A stretch of 64,000 nt of DNA from NCBI GenBank assembly GCA_900549285.1, contig URNW01000002.1, positions 15,450-79,449 on the forward strand. The letters run 5' to 3'. The translations under genes and the position numbers were made by a program. This stretch comes from an uncultured Mycoplasmatota bacterium. Its GTDB lineage: Bacteria > Bacillota_I > Bacilli_A > RF39 > UBA660. Positions 38,447-48,349 of the stretch are shown here, piece after piece. Each line of letters begins with the position of its first letter. The stretch's first letter is position 1. The notes beneath the pieces are model-generated. The model ran no database searches and was not told the DNA's origin. It saw only the letters and a list, made by a program, of their open reading frames with translations.

Positions 38447-39550
38447 CTAATTTGTTAACGTAATTTTAAGTTCTTTTTCTTTACCATCTCTAATAATAGT
38501 AAGTTTCATTTCATCTCCTACTTTATGCTTATATAAATAATATCTTAAATAAGCATTAGATGCTATATCATTGCCATCAACTTTAATGATTATATCTCCT
38601 ACTTTTAATCCTGCTTCTTTGGCTGGACTGTTTTCCTCAAAGTCAGTTACAATTACACCACTGGTTACATTTGCTTTTCTTATTATTTCATAGTATTCTC
38701 TTGACATATATGCATTGCTTACATCTAGCATATATACGCCTAAAGTAGGTCTTTCTACTGTTTTGCCACTGATTAATTGTTCAGCATAATTAATAGCTGT
38801 TTCAATTGGTATAGCAAATCCCATTCCTTCAATTGCTTCGTTTGCTAGTTTAATTGATGTGATTCCAATTACTTCTCCATTGGCATTAGAAAGTGGACCT
38901 CCACTATTTCCATTATTAATTGCTGCATCTGTTTGAAGAGTATTTACAATCATTGGTGTTTTAGTATTTCCACTGGTTAATTCTACTTCTACTAAACGAT
39001 CTTTTCCACTTACAATTCCTCTTGTTACACTCCAAGAATAAGCACTATCAATCGGAGCTCCAATAGCAAATACTGTATCTCCTAGTTTTGCATCTTCACT
39101 GCTACCTATTTCCGCAACAGAAATAATATATTCTTCATCAACAGATAATACGGCAATATCTGAGTAGACATCACTTCCGACAATTTCAGCTTTTACTACT
39201 TGTTCATTTGTGAATTTAACATAAACATCATCTGCACTATCAATTACGTGATTATTTGTTAAAATATAAGCTTTTTTGTTTTCAGTTTTATATACAAAAC
39301 CTGTTCCTGATGAGTAGGCTTTTCCCTCTATATAAGTGTTTACAACTACTACGGAATCATATACCTTTTCAACTGCATCTGCTATTCCTTCATCCGTTAT
39401 TGTAACATCTTTTTCTACTTTAGTAATTGTCTCACCAATTACATTCGGAAAAAAGTAGAAGATTCCATAAAGGGTTAGCATTCCTAATAAAAATACGATT
39501 ATTAATATTATTCCATTTCTTAATGTTGTGTTTTTTTTCTTTTCAACCAT
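38447..39550 (-). CDS. HtrA/DegP-family serine protease with PDZ domain, membrane anchored
   Basis: N-terminal TM; catalytic His (TNNHVI), Asp (DIAVL) and Ser (GNSGGPL); C-terminal PDZ. Confidence 0.85.
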   Translation of the reverse strand: MVEKKKNTTLRNGIILIIVFLLGMLTLYGIFYFFPNVIGETITKVEKDVTITDEGIADAVEKVYDSVVVVNTYIEGKAYSSGTGFVYKTENKKAYILTNNHVIDSADDVYVKFTNEQVVKAEIVGSDVYSDIAVLSVDEEYIISVAEIGSSEDAKLGDTVFAIGAPIDSAYSWSVTRGIVSGKDRLVEVELTSGNTKTPMIVNTLQTDAAINNGNSGGPLSNANGEVIGITSIKLANEAIEGMGFAIPIETAINYAEQLISGKTVERPTLGVYMLDVSNAYMSREYYEIIRKANVTSGVIVTDFEENSPAKEAGLKVGDIIIKVDGNDIASNAYLRYYLYKHKVGDEMKLTIIRDGKEKELKITLTN

Positions 39551-39551
39551 T

Positions 39552-40481
39552 TTAATCCATCCTTACTATATCTTTATAATTTTTGGGAAATCCCATTCGA
39601 TCTAATACTTTATCTATATTTATTGTGTGAAGTCTTCCTGATAAATAATCAATTTCATAAGATATTTCATTTAACATATTATGAAAATTATCATTTCTAA
39701 GTAGTCTTTTTAGAATAATTATTAAAGCAAATAAATCATTAATACCATATATATATTCTCCATTTGTTTTCGGAATATTTAATAAATTATGATATTTTGT
39801 AATAGGAATCTCTTTTTGGGTTTTATGCTCGTAACATATGTCTTCATGTGCACATAAATTACGGTAATTTGCAATAATTGGTAAATATATTAGCAAACTT
39901 TCTACATCAACATGAAATAAATTTGCAATTTGTTCTTGATCTTCTGGTTTTAAGATTGTATATAGTTCACCAACTATTCCAAATGATAGAACTTTTACAA
40001 CAACCCATAAAGGAATATAGCCATAGTTGCTTTGATAATGCTTTGTTGCAGTATGTTCTCTGCCATTTACAATGATTTGTCTTTTTACTTTTTTTACTAA
40101 ATCTTGTACTTGTCTTGTTCTTTTGGGATCTGTTGTAAAATTGTTAGGATTTAAATATTTTTTTTCTTTAAATCCATATTTTCGGGATAACTCATATGAA
40201 AGTATACTTTTTATGTTATTTTCTAAAATTAAAATATTTTTAAATAAAATATTTCTTAGTTGTCTATCAAAATAAAATAAAGCGTATATTTCTCTAAAGT
40301 TAGTTCCATTTATAAAAGTTTTGTCTTTGCTAGATTTATAAAATAAATAACGATAACCATTTAGAAAAAAATAATTTTCTCTTAAAAGAATGTTCTTGGT
40401 GTATTCTTCATCATCAATAATTAAATTTTTGTTGCGAAGAATCTTTATTTGTTCATCTAGTGTTTTAAATATTTTTTCCAT
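39552..40481 (-). CDS. Abi_2 (AbiD/AbiF-like) abortive-infection family protein, HEPN-type
   Basis: Abi_2-like N-terminus (QIKILRNKNLIIDDEE...ENYFFLNGY) and Rx4H motif NYRNLCAHED. The stop lies 1 nt from the htrA-like start. Start at MEKIFK behind AGGTGA. Confidence 0.7.
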   Translation of the reverse strand: MEKIFKTLDEQIKILRNKNLIIDDEEYTKNILLRENYFFLNGYRYLFYKSSKDKTFINGTNFREIYALFYFDRQLRNILFKNILILENNIKSILSYELSRKYGFKEKKYLNPNNFTTDPKRTRQVQDLVKKVKRQIIVNGREHTATKHYQSNYGYIPLWVVVKVLSFGIVGELYTILKPEDQEQIANLFHVDVESLLIYLPIIANYRNLCAHEDICYEHKTQKEIPITKYHNLLNIPKTNGEYIYGINDLFALIIILKRLLRNDNFHNMLNEISYEIDYLSGRLHTINIDKVLDRMGFPKNYKDIVRMD

Positions 40482-40615
40482 ATGATTCACCTATTATAAA
40501 TTATATCACAAAGAACAACTATATTGTAAAAAAAAAACTTGTTACTAATGTTAATATTTCGTGAAAATTTGGTGAAGTTTAGTTTTTGTGTTATAATTAA
40601 TTCAGGGGAGATGCT

Positions 40616-41560
40616 ATGCCTGCTACATATACTCATCATCTTTTTACAAAAGATGTTTATAAATCTTTAGATATTCAGATCCAAAATAAACTGGATTATA
40701 ATTTATTTTTACTTTTTGGAAAGAGTTTTGATGCTTTATTCTTTTATAAAAGTCATTTAGGTTCTTTTGCTCATCAAAATCATGCTAATTTATATTTTCA
40801 AAATATTATAAAGTATATAAGACAGTATCAATTAAATCAAAATCCTCAAGTATTAGCCTATTTATATGGTTCAATATGTCATTATGTTTTAGATAGTACG
40901 GTTCATCCTTTTATTTATTACTATGGAGGAAAGTATGACAAAAATGATAAGAAAGCAAAGAAATATTTAGGAAAACATGATTATATAGAAAGTATGATTG
41001 ATGCTATTTTAGCTAAGGAAAGAATGATGAAGCCTATTTATAAGTGCCATATTGGAAAAGATATTTTTCCTCGTCTTACTTTTTCTAGTGATTTGAAGAA
41101 GATAATTGACTTTGTTTATGATGATACTTTTAAAGTAAAATCAGGTAGTAAAATTTATATTAGAAGCTATAAAAATTATCGTTTTATTTTTAAACATGGT
41201 ATGCTTTCTAGGTGGGGAATCAAAAAGTTATTTTATATTTTAATTGATTGGTTTCATTTTTTACCTATAAAATTGCAAAATTTTTGCTATTATATTCCTA
41301 AATTAGATGTTCAAGTGTTAAATTTAGACCATAAAAAATGGGTTTATCCTGTTGATAAAAAAATTAGTTATCATTATTCTTTTTATGATTTATATGATGT
41401 AGCTATTGTAAAAGCTATAAAGTTAATTACGTTACTAGATCAATCTATTGATAAGGATGAAAAAACGATTCGCAAAGCTTTAAAAGAAGTTGGCAATCTT
41501 CATTATGGAACTGGAGTAAATGAAAATAGGTCGGTTACTATGAAATATTTTGCTAATTAA
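40616..41560 (+). CDS. zinc-dependent phospholipase C-like family protein
   Basis: MPATYTHHLF N-terminus and His-rich blocks (FAHQNH, HYVLDSTVHPF, KHDYIES). Confidence 0.45.
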   Translation: MPATYTHHLFTKDVYKSLDIQIQNKLDYNLFLLFGKSFDALFFYKSHLGSFAHQNHANLYFQNIIKYIRQYQLNQNPQVLAYLYGSICHYVLDSTVHPFIYYYGGKYDKNDKKAKKYLGKHDYIESMIDAILAKERMMKPIYKCHIGKDIFPRLTFSSDLKKIIDFVYDDTFKVKSGSKIYIRSYKNYRFIFKHGMLSRWGIKKLFYILIDWFHFLPIKLQNFCYYIPKLDVQVLNLDHKKWVYPVDKKISYHYSFYDLYDVAIVKAIKLITLLDQSIDKDEKTIRKALKEVGNLHYGTGVNENRSVTMKYFAN

Positions 41561-42206
41561 AGTAATTTATGATGGCATCTTTTATTAGAGATGCTATTTT
41601 TTGTTGATATTCTTCTGTAACTAATTTCTTTTTTTCTTCATTATTTGATAAGAAACCACATTCAATTAATACTCCTGGTATAGTAAGTTTATTATACATG
41701 TATGTTTTTTTAGGAATTTCTTTAATTTGCCTATTCGTGTTTAATTTGTTGTTTAAAGTTGTTTGGATCATAGTAGCTAAATTTTTTGTTTCTTCTTTCG
41801 CATAAAATATTTGGGGACCGTAATAAGCATCATTGGTTAAATAATTTAAATGAATAGATAAATAAATTGTTGCTTTACTATTATTAATTAACTTAATTCG
41901 ATTATCAAAATCACTTTTTTTACGCCATCTTGCATTTGGTTTGGATAAATCATAGTCGTCATCTCTCGTCATTATAACTGTAGCTCCTGATTGGGATAGT
42001 TCAATTTCTAAGGCTTTACTAATTTTCAGGTTAATATCTTTTTCATAAATAGATTCACTAATAGTTCCTGGATCTTTTCCGCCATGTCCTGGATCTATAA
42101 TAATTATCTTCCCACTTAAAGGCATCAACGCATTTACTTTAGTGTTGATAAAAAGTGCAGATAAAAGAAGAAGTATTAATGTTAATATTTTTATTTTTGT
42201 TTTCAT
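41553..42206 (-). CDS. cwlD: germination-specific N-acetylmuramoyl-L-alanine amidase CwlD
   Basis: Signal/anchor plus amidase_3 (IIIDPGHGGKDPG...SIHLN...ECGFLSN). Its size is typical of CwlD. Confidence 0.8.
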   Translation of the reverse strand: MKTKIKILTLILLLLSALFINTKVNALMPLSGKIIIIDPGHGGKDPGTISESIYEKDINLKISKALEIELSQSGATVIMTRDDDYDLSKPNARWRKKSDFDNRIKLINNSKATIYLSIHLNYLTNDAYYGPQIFYAKEETKNLATMIQTTLNNKLNTNRQIKEIPKKTYMYNKLTIPGVLIECGFLSNNEEKKKLVTEEYQQKIASLIKDAIINYFN

Positions 42207-42230
42207 ATTAAATTATATAATAAAATAGCT

Positions 42231-43229
42231 TTAGCTATTCTTTAAAATTTGATTTATTTCACTTTCATTTCTTTTGTTGTATCCAATTAGTATTTTTTCG
42301 CTTTTATTACTTACTATTGTCATTATTTCTTTTAAAGTAGAATCAGTTTTTCTCGATAATCCGTCTGTTGCTACAATGTTATATTTTTTACCAGTATTAT
42401 CCATTACAAATATTTGTTTTGATGTAGTGATTCCATATTGTTTTGTTTTGTATTCATAAATCCAAATTAAATTATTTTGATTTATTATTTTTAATGTTTT
42501 ATTGAAACTTATGATATAGTTTTTAGTAAGTATTAAATGAAGTGTTTCATAATATTTTGTATTTTTATCATTTATTTCTTTTTCTAGTGTTTGCATTTCT
42601 TTTTCAGTTAATGTTGCTAATACTTTTTTATTTTTAATCATTTTTATTAGATATAAGACTAAGAATGCACATGCGATAGCAAAAGGTATTATACTAAGAT
42701 AAAAAAATGCTGAGTGCTCTTTTGTTAATGAAACGTTTGTTAGATATACTTCTCCAAAATAACTATTAAAATCTTTTATTTCTATTGTATCCTCTTCATC
42801 TAATCCTTTATTATATACTTTTATGGCTATATCTTTTAAAGAACTAGAAATAGCTGCTGTCGTTCCATAAATGGTTATTGGCTTTTCTTCTATATTTTCT
42901 TTATTTAGTTTAGCATATATTTCATCACTTAGATAAGCAATATAATAGTAATTTCCGTCAAATACAATATAAAAAGCACTATGATCTTCATTTTGATATT
43001 TAGCAATAGAATATGGGGCTTTTACAATTTTTAAATAGGCATTTATATTTTCTTCATTATTTTTATTTTCAATTATATCATTTAAGTAGTAGTATTGATA
43101 ATTTTTCTCATTATTTTCATAAATACCATAGCCAATAAATAATAATCCTAATGATATAAAAATTAAAGTTATATATATATAATTATTTATTTTTTTTAAT
43201 TCTTTTTTTAAAAGGTTATTTTTTTTCAT
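42231..43229 (-). CDS. hypothetical membrane protein (two TM segments)
   Basis: ORF with the start moved to MKKNNLL behind AAAGGAG. TM helices lie near residues 15-40 and 175-200. No motif recognised. Confidence 0.4.
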   Translation of the reverse strand: MKKNNLLKKELKKINNYIYITLIFISLGLLFIGYGIYENNEKNYQYYYLNDIIENKNNEENINAYLKIVKAPYSIAKYQNEDHSAFYIVFDGNYYYIAYLSDEIYAKLNKENIEEKPITIYGTTAAISSSLKDIAIKVYNKGLDEEDTIEIKDFNSYFGEVYLTNVSLTKEHSAFFYLSIIPFAIACAFLVLYLIKMIKNKKVLATLTEKEMQTLEKEINDKNTKYYETLHLILTKNYIISFNKTLKIINQNNLIWIYEYKTKQYGITTSKQIFVMDNTGKKYNIVATDGLSRKTDSTLKEIMTIVSNKSEKILIGYNKRNESEINQILKNS

Positions 43230-43397
43230 ATATTTTCTCCTTTTTATGATATATATTATCATATATTTGAATATTTGACAAATACAGCTTTAAAAGGAAT
43301 TTTTAAGATTGATTTCTAATATAAAAATATGCTAAAATTATATCGGATATAATTATGTTATATATAACATGAGATTTTAAAAATGAAAGGAGATCTT

Positions 43398-43655
43398 ATG
43401 TTATATATTAAAGAAACAAGGGGCGATATTTTTAAAGTTATTGGTGCTAATGTAAGATACTACCGAGGATTATACAATTTAAATCATCCAAATGAAAGAA
43501 TTTCTCAAGCAAAGATTGCTCATATGTGTAATGTTTCAACTGGTTTAATTGGTTCTTTGGAAACAGGAAAAGTTCAAGGAATTAGTATACCTGTATTATG
43601 GAATATTTCTCAAATTCTTGGTGTTAGTATTGATAAATTTTTTGAAGAACGCTAG
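43398..43655 (+). CDS. XRE-family HTH transcriptional regulator
   Basis: Single HTH_3-like domain (ISQAKIAHMCNVSTGLIGSLETG). Start at MLYIKE behind AAAGGAG. Confidence 0.65.
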   Translation: MLYIKETRGDIFKVIGANVRYYRGLYNLNHPNERISQAKIAHMCNVSTGLIGSLETGKVQGISIPVLWNISQILGVSIDKFFEER

Positions 43656-43672
43656 CCTTAAAAAAACAGGTA

Positions 43673-43981
43673 CTATTTCGTATCTGTTTTTCTTATAATG
43701 ATTTCATCATCTTTTGTATATAAAAATTTTTCTTTAGCATATCTTTCTACATAATCAGGGTCTTTTAATTTTTGTACTTCTGCTTTTAGGGCTTCTTCTG
43801 TATCGAGTAATTCTTCATATGAAGTTTGTAAAATTGTGATTTTTTGGTTGTTTTTCATTATTTTTAACCAATCTGGAAAAATATTGATACATGTAAAACC
43901 AATTATAAAAATAAAAGATAATATAAAGAGTGTTAATCTTCTTTTTTCTTTTTTTGTTACTTTATGTTTTATTTTGATCAC
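43673..43981 (-). CDS. divIC: septum formation initiator DivIC/FtsB family
   Basis: N-terminal TM plus coiled coil and KLKDPDYVERYAKEKF. Sits in the yabP-yabQ-divIC synteny. Confidence 0.8.
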   Translation of the reverse strand: MIKIKHKVTKKEKRRLTLFILSFIFIIGFTCINIFPDWLKIMKNNQKITILQTSYEELLDTEEALKAEVQKLKDPDYVERYAKEKFLYTKDDEIIIRKTDTK

Positions 43982-44318
43982 CCCTATTTTTTATAGTATA
44001 CCATTTCTTTTTTATTTTTTCAATAAAACAGCGATATTTTACATTTTTTAACATTCTTTTTGTTACTTTTAAGTTAGTAATAAATCCTAAAATGATCATA
44101 ATGAAAAAGTATATATGAAAAATACCATTATTTATTTTGTATATTAAAATAATATAAATTAATTGAATATTATACATGAATAGAATCGTAATTAGACTTC
44201 GATAAAATCTTTTTTTATTTTGAATAATGATATTGTTTAATTTATATAAATAATAGAAAATAAATCCATATAGGTATGATATACTTAAAGTGATAATTTG
44301 GAGGGTAGATGTCATCAT
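43962..44318 (-). CDS. yabQ: spore cortex biosynthesis protein YabQ
   Basis: Small polytopic membrane protein between yabP and divIC, with overlapping stops and starts. Confidence 0.6.
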   Translation of the reverse strand: MMTSTLQIITLSISYLYGFIFYYLYKLNNIIIQNKKRFYRSLITILFMYNIQLIYIILIYKINNGIFHIYFFIMIILGFITNLKVTKRMLKNVKYRCFIEKIKKKWYTIKNRGDQNKT

Positions 44319-44602
44319 TTAAAAAGTTTAGAAATAATGCTTTCTTCTTTTGTTTTTTCTTTATTATCTAGATAATTAAAACCATTTATTTTTCCCTTTA
44401 TTTTTACATTGCCATCATGAGTATCTAATTTCATAATTTCTAGGTTTGATCCTTTAATTAATATTACTCCCATATTACTTTCTAATAAAAATTCTTCACT
44501 ATCAAAACTAGTGATTTTTTTAATTCCTGTTAAAGATATTTCTCTTCTATCAACTAATTTTAATTCATGTGATCCAAATTCGATAACATTTGCATTTTCC
44601 AT
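44315..44602 (-). CDS. yabP: sporulation protein YabP
   Basis: HELKLVDRREISLTGIKKITSFDSEEF is the YabP hallmark. Start at MENANV behind AAGGAG. Confidence 0.85.
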   Translation of the reverse strand: MENANVIEFGSHELKLVDRREISLTGIKKITSFDSEEFLLESNMGVILIKGSNLEIMKLDTHDGNVKIKGKINGFNYLDNKEKTKEESIISKLFK

Positions 44603-44675
44603 AAACAATCTCCTTTTAATATAAGTTTATGTATTATTAGATGGAAATATGAAAAAAAACTTGGATTTCCAAGTT

Positions 44676-44933
44676 TTATTCTGCTTCATTGTATGCTTTT
44701 AATATTGCATCTTCAAATAATTTACGTACATCTGGGTTAATTGGATGAGCTATATCTCTATATCCACCAGTAGCCGTTTTTCTACTAGGCATAGCTATAA
44801 ATAAGCCATTGTCTCCTTCAATTATTCTGATGTCGTGAACAGCAAAAGAATCATCTAATAGTACAGATGCTATTCCTTTCATTCTTGAGCCTTCTTTTTC
44901 GATCTTGCGAACGTTTACTGATGTAATTTGCAT
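44676..44933 (-). CDS. spoVG: septation/sporulation regulator SpoVG
   Basis: MQITSVNVRKI...FAVHDIRIIEGDNGLFIAMPSRK is near-canonical SpoVG. Confidence 0.95.
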   Translation of the reverse strand: MQITSVNVRKIEKEGSRMKGIASVLLDDSFAVHDIRIIEGDNGLFIAMPSRKTATGGYRDIAHPINPDVRKLFEDAILKAYNEAE

Positions 44934-45004
44934 AAATATTCTTCCCTCCTAAGTTTTTCAACTTATCTATATTTTATAGCAAAATCTTAGAACTTGCAAG
45001 TGTT

Positions 45005-45217
45005 TTACATATATTTTATTTTAATATCTCTTGTTATGATGTCGCGGTAAGTAAAACTTTTCTCTTGATTGTTTTCTATAATCGTAAATAAATTAGGATA
45101 AACAGCATGTATTTTTCCAGTATAACTGCTAGTCTTTCCACGCATGCCATATACTTTTATTTCTACTATTTTTCCTAAATTTTCCTTTATTTGTTTTTTT
45201 ATTTCATTTATGTTCAA
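45005..45217 (-). CDS. veg: Veg protein
   Basis: 70 aa with IKKQIKENLGKIVEIK...GKIHAVYPNLFTI, which aligns with B. subtilis Veg. Sits in the yabG-veg synteny. Confidence 0.85.
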   Translation of the reverse strand: MNINEIKKQIKENLGKIVEIKVYGMRGKTSSYTGKIHAVYPNLFTIIENNQEKSFTYRDIITRDIKIKYM

Positions 45218-45219
45218 AT

Positions 45220-46005
45220 TTATCCTCCTTCTCTTGGATAACCTACATACATGAGACCATTACATTTTATACCGCCTATACCATTATGACCATATTTTGT
45301 CTTGTTTAATAAATTTAACAAATTGATTTCTTTACTTCTTTCTGTTAGGGCAAGAGTGGTAGCAATAATAGCAGGATCTAAGGCATGAATATTTATTCTT
45401 TTGGGACTGGATGCAAAATTAGCACCAGATTTAATTAATTCTTCATAATTACTTTGACAAGCTCCTGCAATAATAATTAGCTTTTCATGGGAAGATTCAT
45501 AGTTTCTAGCCATTTTTACGGCTTTAATAAAATTCCCTGAGTTTTTATAATTTTTAATATCATCTATTCTTCCTTTTTTGCTATAAAAAGCATCATGACC
45601 AGTAATAACGACAATATCAGGTTTAAATTCTTTTAATAGTGGTAGAATTGCTTCATAAATGTGATTTTCGCTTATTTTTCTTCCTATTGCTAATACGCCT
45701 TTTTTTTTATAAAATTTTAAACATTTTTCTAAATAATCTTTATCTCCATCTATATGTAGGATTTTAGCAGGTAAATAAAAGTATTCACTTCTTTCTTCTG
45801 GAATTATGGGTGTAGTAATTTCATCTATTAAATCTACGGTATCTTTCTTTAAAAATTTTACTAGATCTTCTTCGGGACTATCAGCATATAGTCTTACTTC
45901 AATTCCTTTTAAATAGTATATATTATCTTTTATATTTGTTATTTTAAATACAGTATCATGGTTATAGCTTTTTCTGGTTACAAGATCTCCTCGTTTTAAT
46001 CTCAT
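45220..46005 (-). CDS. yabG: sporulation-specific protease YabG
   Basis: YabG peptidase U57 pattern (LHIDGD...VVITGHDA...GACQSNYE). Sits in the rsmA-yabG-veg synteny. Confidence 0.8.
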   Translation of the reverse strand: MRLKRGDLVTRKSYNHDTVFKITNIKDNIYYLKGIEVRLYADSPEEDLVKFLKKDTVDLIDEITTPIIPEERSEYFYLPAKILHIDGDKDYLEKCLKFYKKKGVLAIGRKISENHIYEAILPLLKEFKPDIVVITGHDAFYSKKGRIDDIKNYKNSGNFIKAVKMARNYESSHEKLIIIAGACQSNYEELIKSGANFASSPKRINIHALDPAIIATTLALTERSKEINLLNLLNKTKYGHNGIGGIKCNGLMYVGYPREGG

Positions 46006-46062
46006 AAGTTTCACCACTTCATTTTATGCTTTTTTAATTATTTTATGTGTATAGAAAAAGAG

Positions 46063-46842
46063 TTAAGATAGAATATTGGCTATTTGTTCAAATATTTCTA
46101 AACTTAACTCTTCTGCTCGAACATTTTCTTCTAAGTGATTTTTTTCTAAAACTTTTTTAATCTTAGACCAATCATACTCTTTTAAGTTGTTTTTTAAAGT
46201 CTTTCTTTTCATTTTAAAAGAATCATTTATTAATTTAAAAAATAATTTTTCATTTTTAATATTTAAAGTTTCTTTTTTCCTTTCAAATTTTACTACACTG
46301 CTATCTACGTTGGGAATAGGATAAAAAGAGGTGCGCCTTACATCAAATAAATTAGTTATATTAAAATAATAGTTTAAATAAACAGTTAGAGAACCATATG
46401 CTTTGGATTTTGGTTTGGCACTAAAGCGTTCTGCTACTTCTTTTTGAACTAAGAGGGTTATACTTTTTATTTTGGTTAAATTTAAAAGATGTTTTATAAT
46501 AGGGGTTGTTATGTAATAAGGTATGTTTGCAATAACATAAATATTTTGGTAATCAAAATTGGTTCCATCTTCATAAATATCAGCTGTTAAAAAGTCTTTG
46601 AATATGACTTTTGTTTTTTCATTTTCATATGCTTTTAGTATTTCTTTCATTCTTAAATCGATTTCATAGCATATTAAAAAACTATTTTTAGCTTGTAAGT
46701 ATTTGGTTAAAGCACCTGTTCCTGGACCTATTTCAATAATTAAATCCTCTTCATTTGTTTTTATTGAATCAGCAATTTTTTTTAAAATATTTTCATCTTT
46801 TAAAAAGTTTTGTCCTAAGCTTTTTTTGGCTTTTATATTCAT
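46063..46842 (-). CDS. rsmA: 16S rRNA (adenine1518/1519-N6)-dimethyltransferase
   Basis: KSLGQNFL, the EIGPGTGALT SAM loop and NIPYYITTPI. Confidence 0.95.
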   Translation of the reverse strand: MNIKAKKSLGQNFLKDENILKKIADSIKTNEEDLIIEIGPGTGALTKYLQAKNSFLICYEIDLRMKEILKAYENEKTKVIFKDFLTADIYEDGTNFDYQNIYVIANIPYYITTPIIKHLLNLTKIKSITLLVQKEVAERFSAKPKSKAYGSLTVYLNYYFNITNLFDVRRTSFYPIPNVDSSVVKFERKKETLNIKNEKLFFKLINDSFKMKRKTLKNNLKEYDWSKIKKVLEKNHLEENVRAEELSLEIFEQIANILS

Positions 46843-46869
46843 ATTATCCCTCAATCTAAAGAGGATGGG

Positions 46870-47439
46870 TTATTTTTCCCATCCAAATCTTAATACATCA
46901 TAAGTAATACTACTTCGACCAATATATCTTGATGCATAATCTTCACTTGGTGTTAATAGATCTATATCATTTCCTAAAACGCCACGATCTAATACAATAG
47001 CAATTACTGGTTCTTCACTAATTTTCTTACTTTCAAATCGAATGATACTTCCGCATGGTAAGTTTGAGGAAGAAGCTACGATATGAACTTCACCATAGGT
47101 ATTATCTATGTATGTGTCTGTTCCATCTCTTACATCAACTCCACCACATGCTAATTTACCACTACATAAAGGGCAATCTGCACCATATCCAGTTAGATCT
47201 CCTGTATAGCTGTCTAAAGATCCCCATAAATATGTTTGAAGAGCTTCTTCATTTTTTCTTGCTTCCTCTTCTTTATTAATATATATAGCCATAGTTGATA
47301 GATCAATACTTTTATTAATATTTTCATTGGTACTATATGTTTCCATTTTGGAAGTAGAAGCATGTATTCCAAATAAAACTAATAATATAATACTTATTTT
47401 AATTGTATAATTTAAGTAAAATTTACTTTTACTTAGCAT
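46870..47439 (-). CDS. secreted 3D-domain (RlpA-like double-psi beta-barrel) protein, YabE-like position
   Basis: Signal peptide. The C-terminal block GYGADCPLCSG...VASSSNLPCGSIIRF...VLDRGVLGNDIDLL resembles a 3D domain. Confidence 0.5.
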   Translation of the reverse strand: MLSKSKFYLNYTIKISIILLVLFGIHASTSKMETYSTNENINKSIDLSTMAIYINKEEEARKNEEALQTYLWGSLDSYTGDLTGYGADCPLCSGKLACGGVDVRDGTDTYIDNTYGEVHIVASSSNLPCGSIIRFESKKISEEPVIAIVLDRGVLGNDIDLLTPSEDYASRYIGRSSITYDVLRFGWEK

Positions 47440-47482
47440 TCTTCTTCACCTCATTGGTAAATTAATCATATCATAAAATATC

Positions 47483-48232
47483 TTAAATGTCAAAAATTCG
47501 TTTAATATTTTGATTGGTAATTCTTGTTAGTTCTTCTATATTAATTTCTTTTAAATTACATATAAATTGGGCTATATCATAAATTCTTGCTGGTTCATTT
47601 TTCTTTCCACGATATGGCTCGGGAGTTAAATAAGGGCTATCAGTTTCTAATATAATATTTTCTAAAGGAATTTCTTTTATGATTTCTTTTAATTTAGAAT
47701 TTTTAAAGGTAATTACTCCATTTATTCCTAATAAATAACCCATTTTTATATAAATTTGGGCTGTTTCTAGTGAGCCAGAAAATGAATGAATAACCCCTTT
47801 TATTTTGAATTTTTTTAAAGTATTTATAGTGTCTTGTGTTGCATCTCTAGAGTGAATTATGACTGGTAAGTGATAAGTTTCGGCTAGTTTTAATTCATTT
47901 TCTAATAATTTTATTTGATCTTCTTTATTTTCTTTTGTATAGTGGTAATCTAGTCCGATTTCTCCAATAGCAATTACTTTGGGATTAGATAAATTATTTT
48001 CAATAAATTTTAAATCTGATTTACTATATTCTTCTACTTTTTCTGGATGTATTCCTAAAGCACAGTACATATCATTATAATTTTCGGCTAATTTTAAAAC
48101 TTCTTTATTACTAGTTGTATCGCATCCATTATTGATAAAGCGATTTACATGATTTTCTTTTGCGTTTTTGATAGTTTCATCTATGTTCTCATAGTATTCC
48201 TTATAAATATGACAATGTGTATCTGTAAACAT
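47483..48232 (-). CDS. tatD: TatD-family metal-dependent hydrolase/DNase
   Basis: FTDTHCH, EIGLDYHY, IHSRDA and ETDSPYL motifs. Confidence 0.9.
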   Translation of the reverse strand: MFTDTHCHIYKEYYENIDETIKNAKENHVNRFINNGCDTTSNKEVLKLAENYNDMYCALGIHPEKVEEYSKSDLKFIENNLSNPKVIAIGEIGLDYHYTKENKEDQIKLLENELKLAETYHLPVIIHSRDATQDTINTLKKFKIKGVIHSFSGSLETAQIYIKMGYLLGINGVITFKNSKLKEIIKEIPLENIILETDSPYLTPEPYRGKKNEPARIYDIAQFICNLKEINIEELTRITNQNIKRIFDI

Positions 48233-48349
48233 ATAATCACCAAATCAATTATATAAGATTTTATGATTTAAGTAAAGTTTAAGTCTACTTAGCTTTATTT
48301 TCATTGATTTTTTTTATTGATTTGTTACAATTATGTTGGGTGATAAGAT

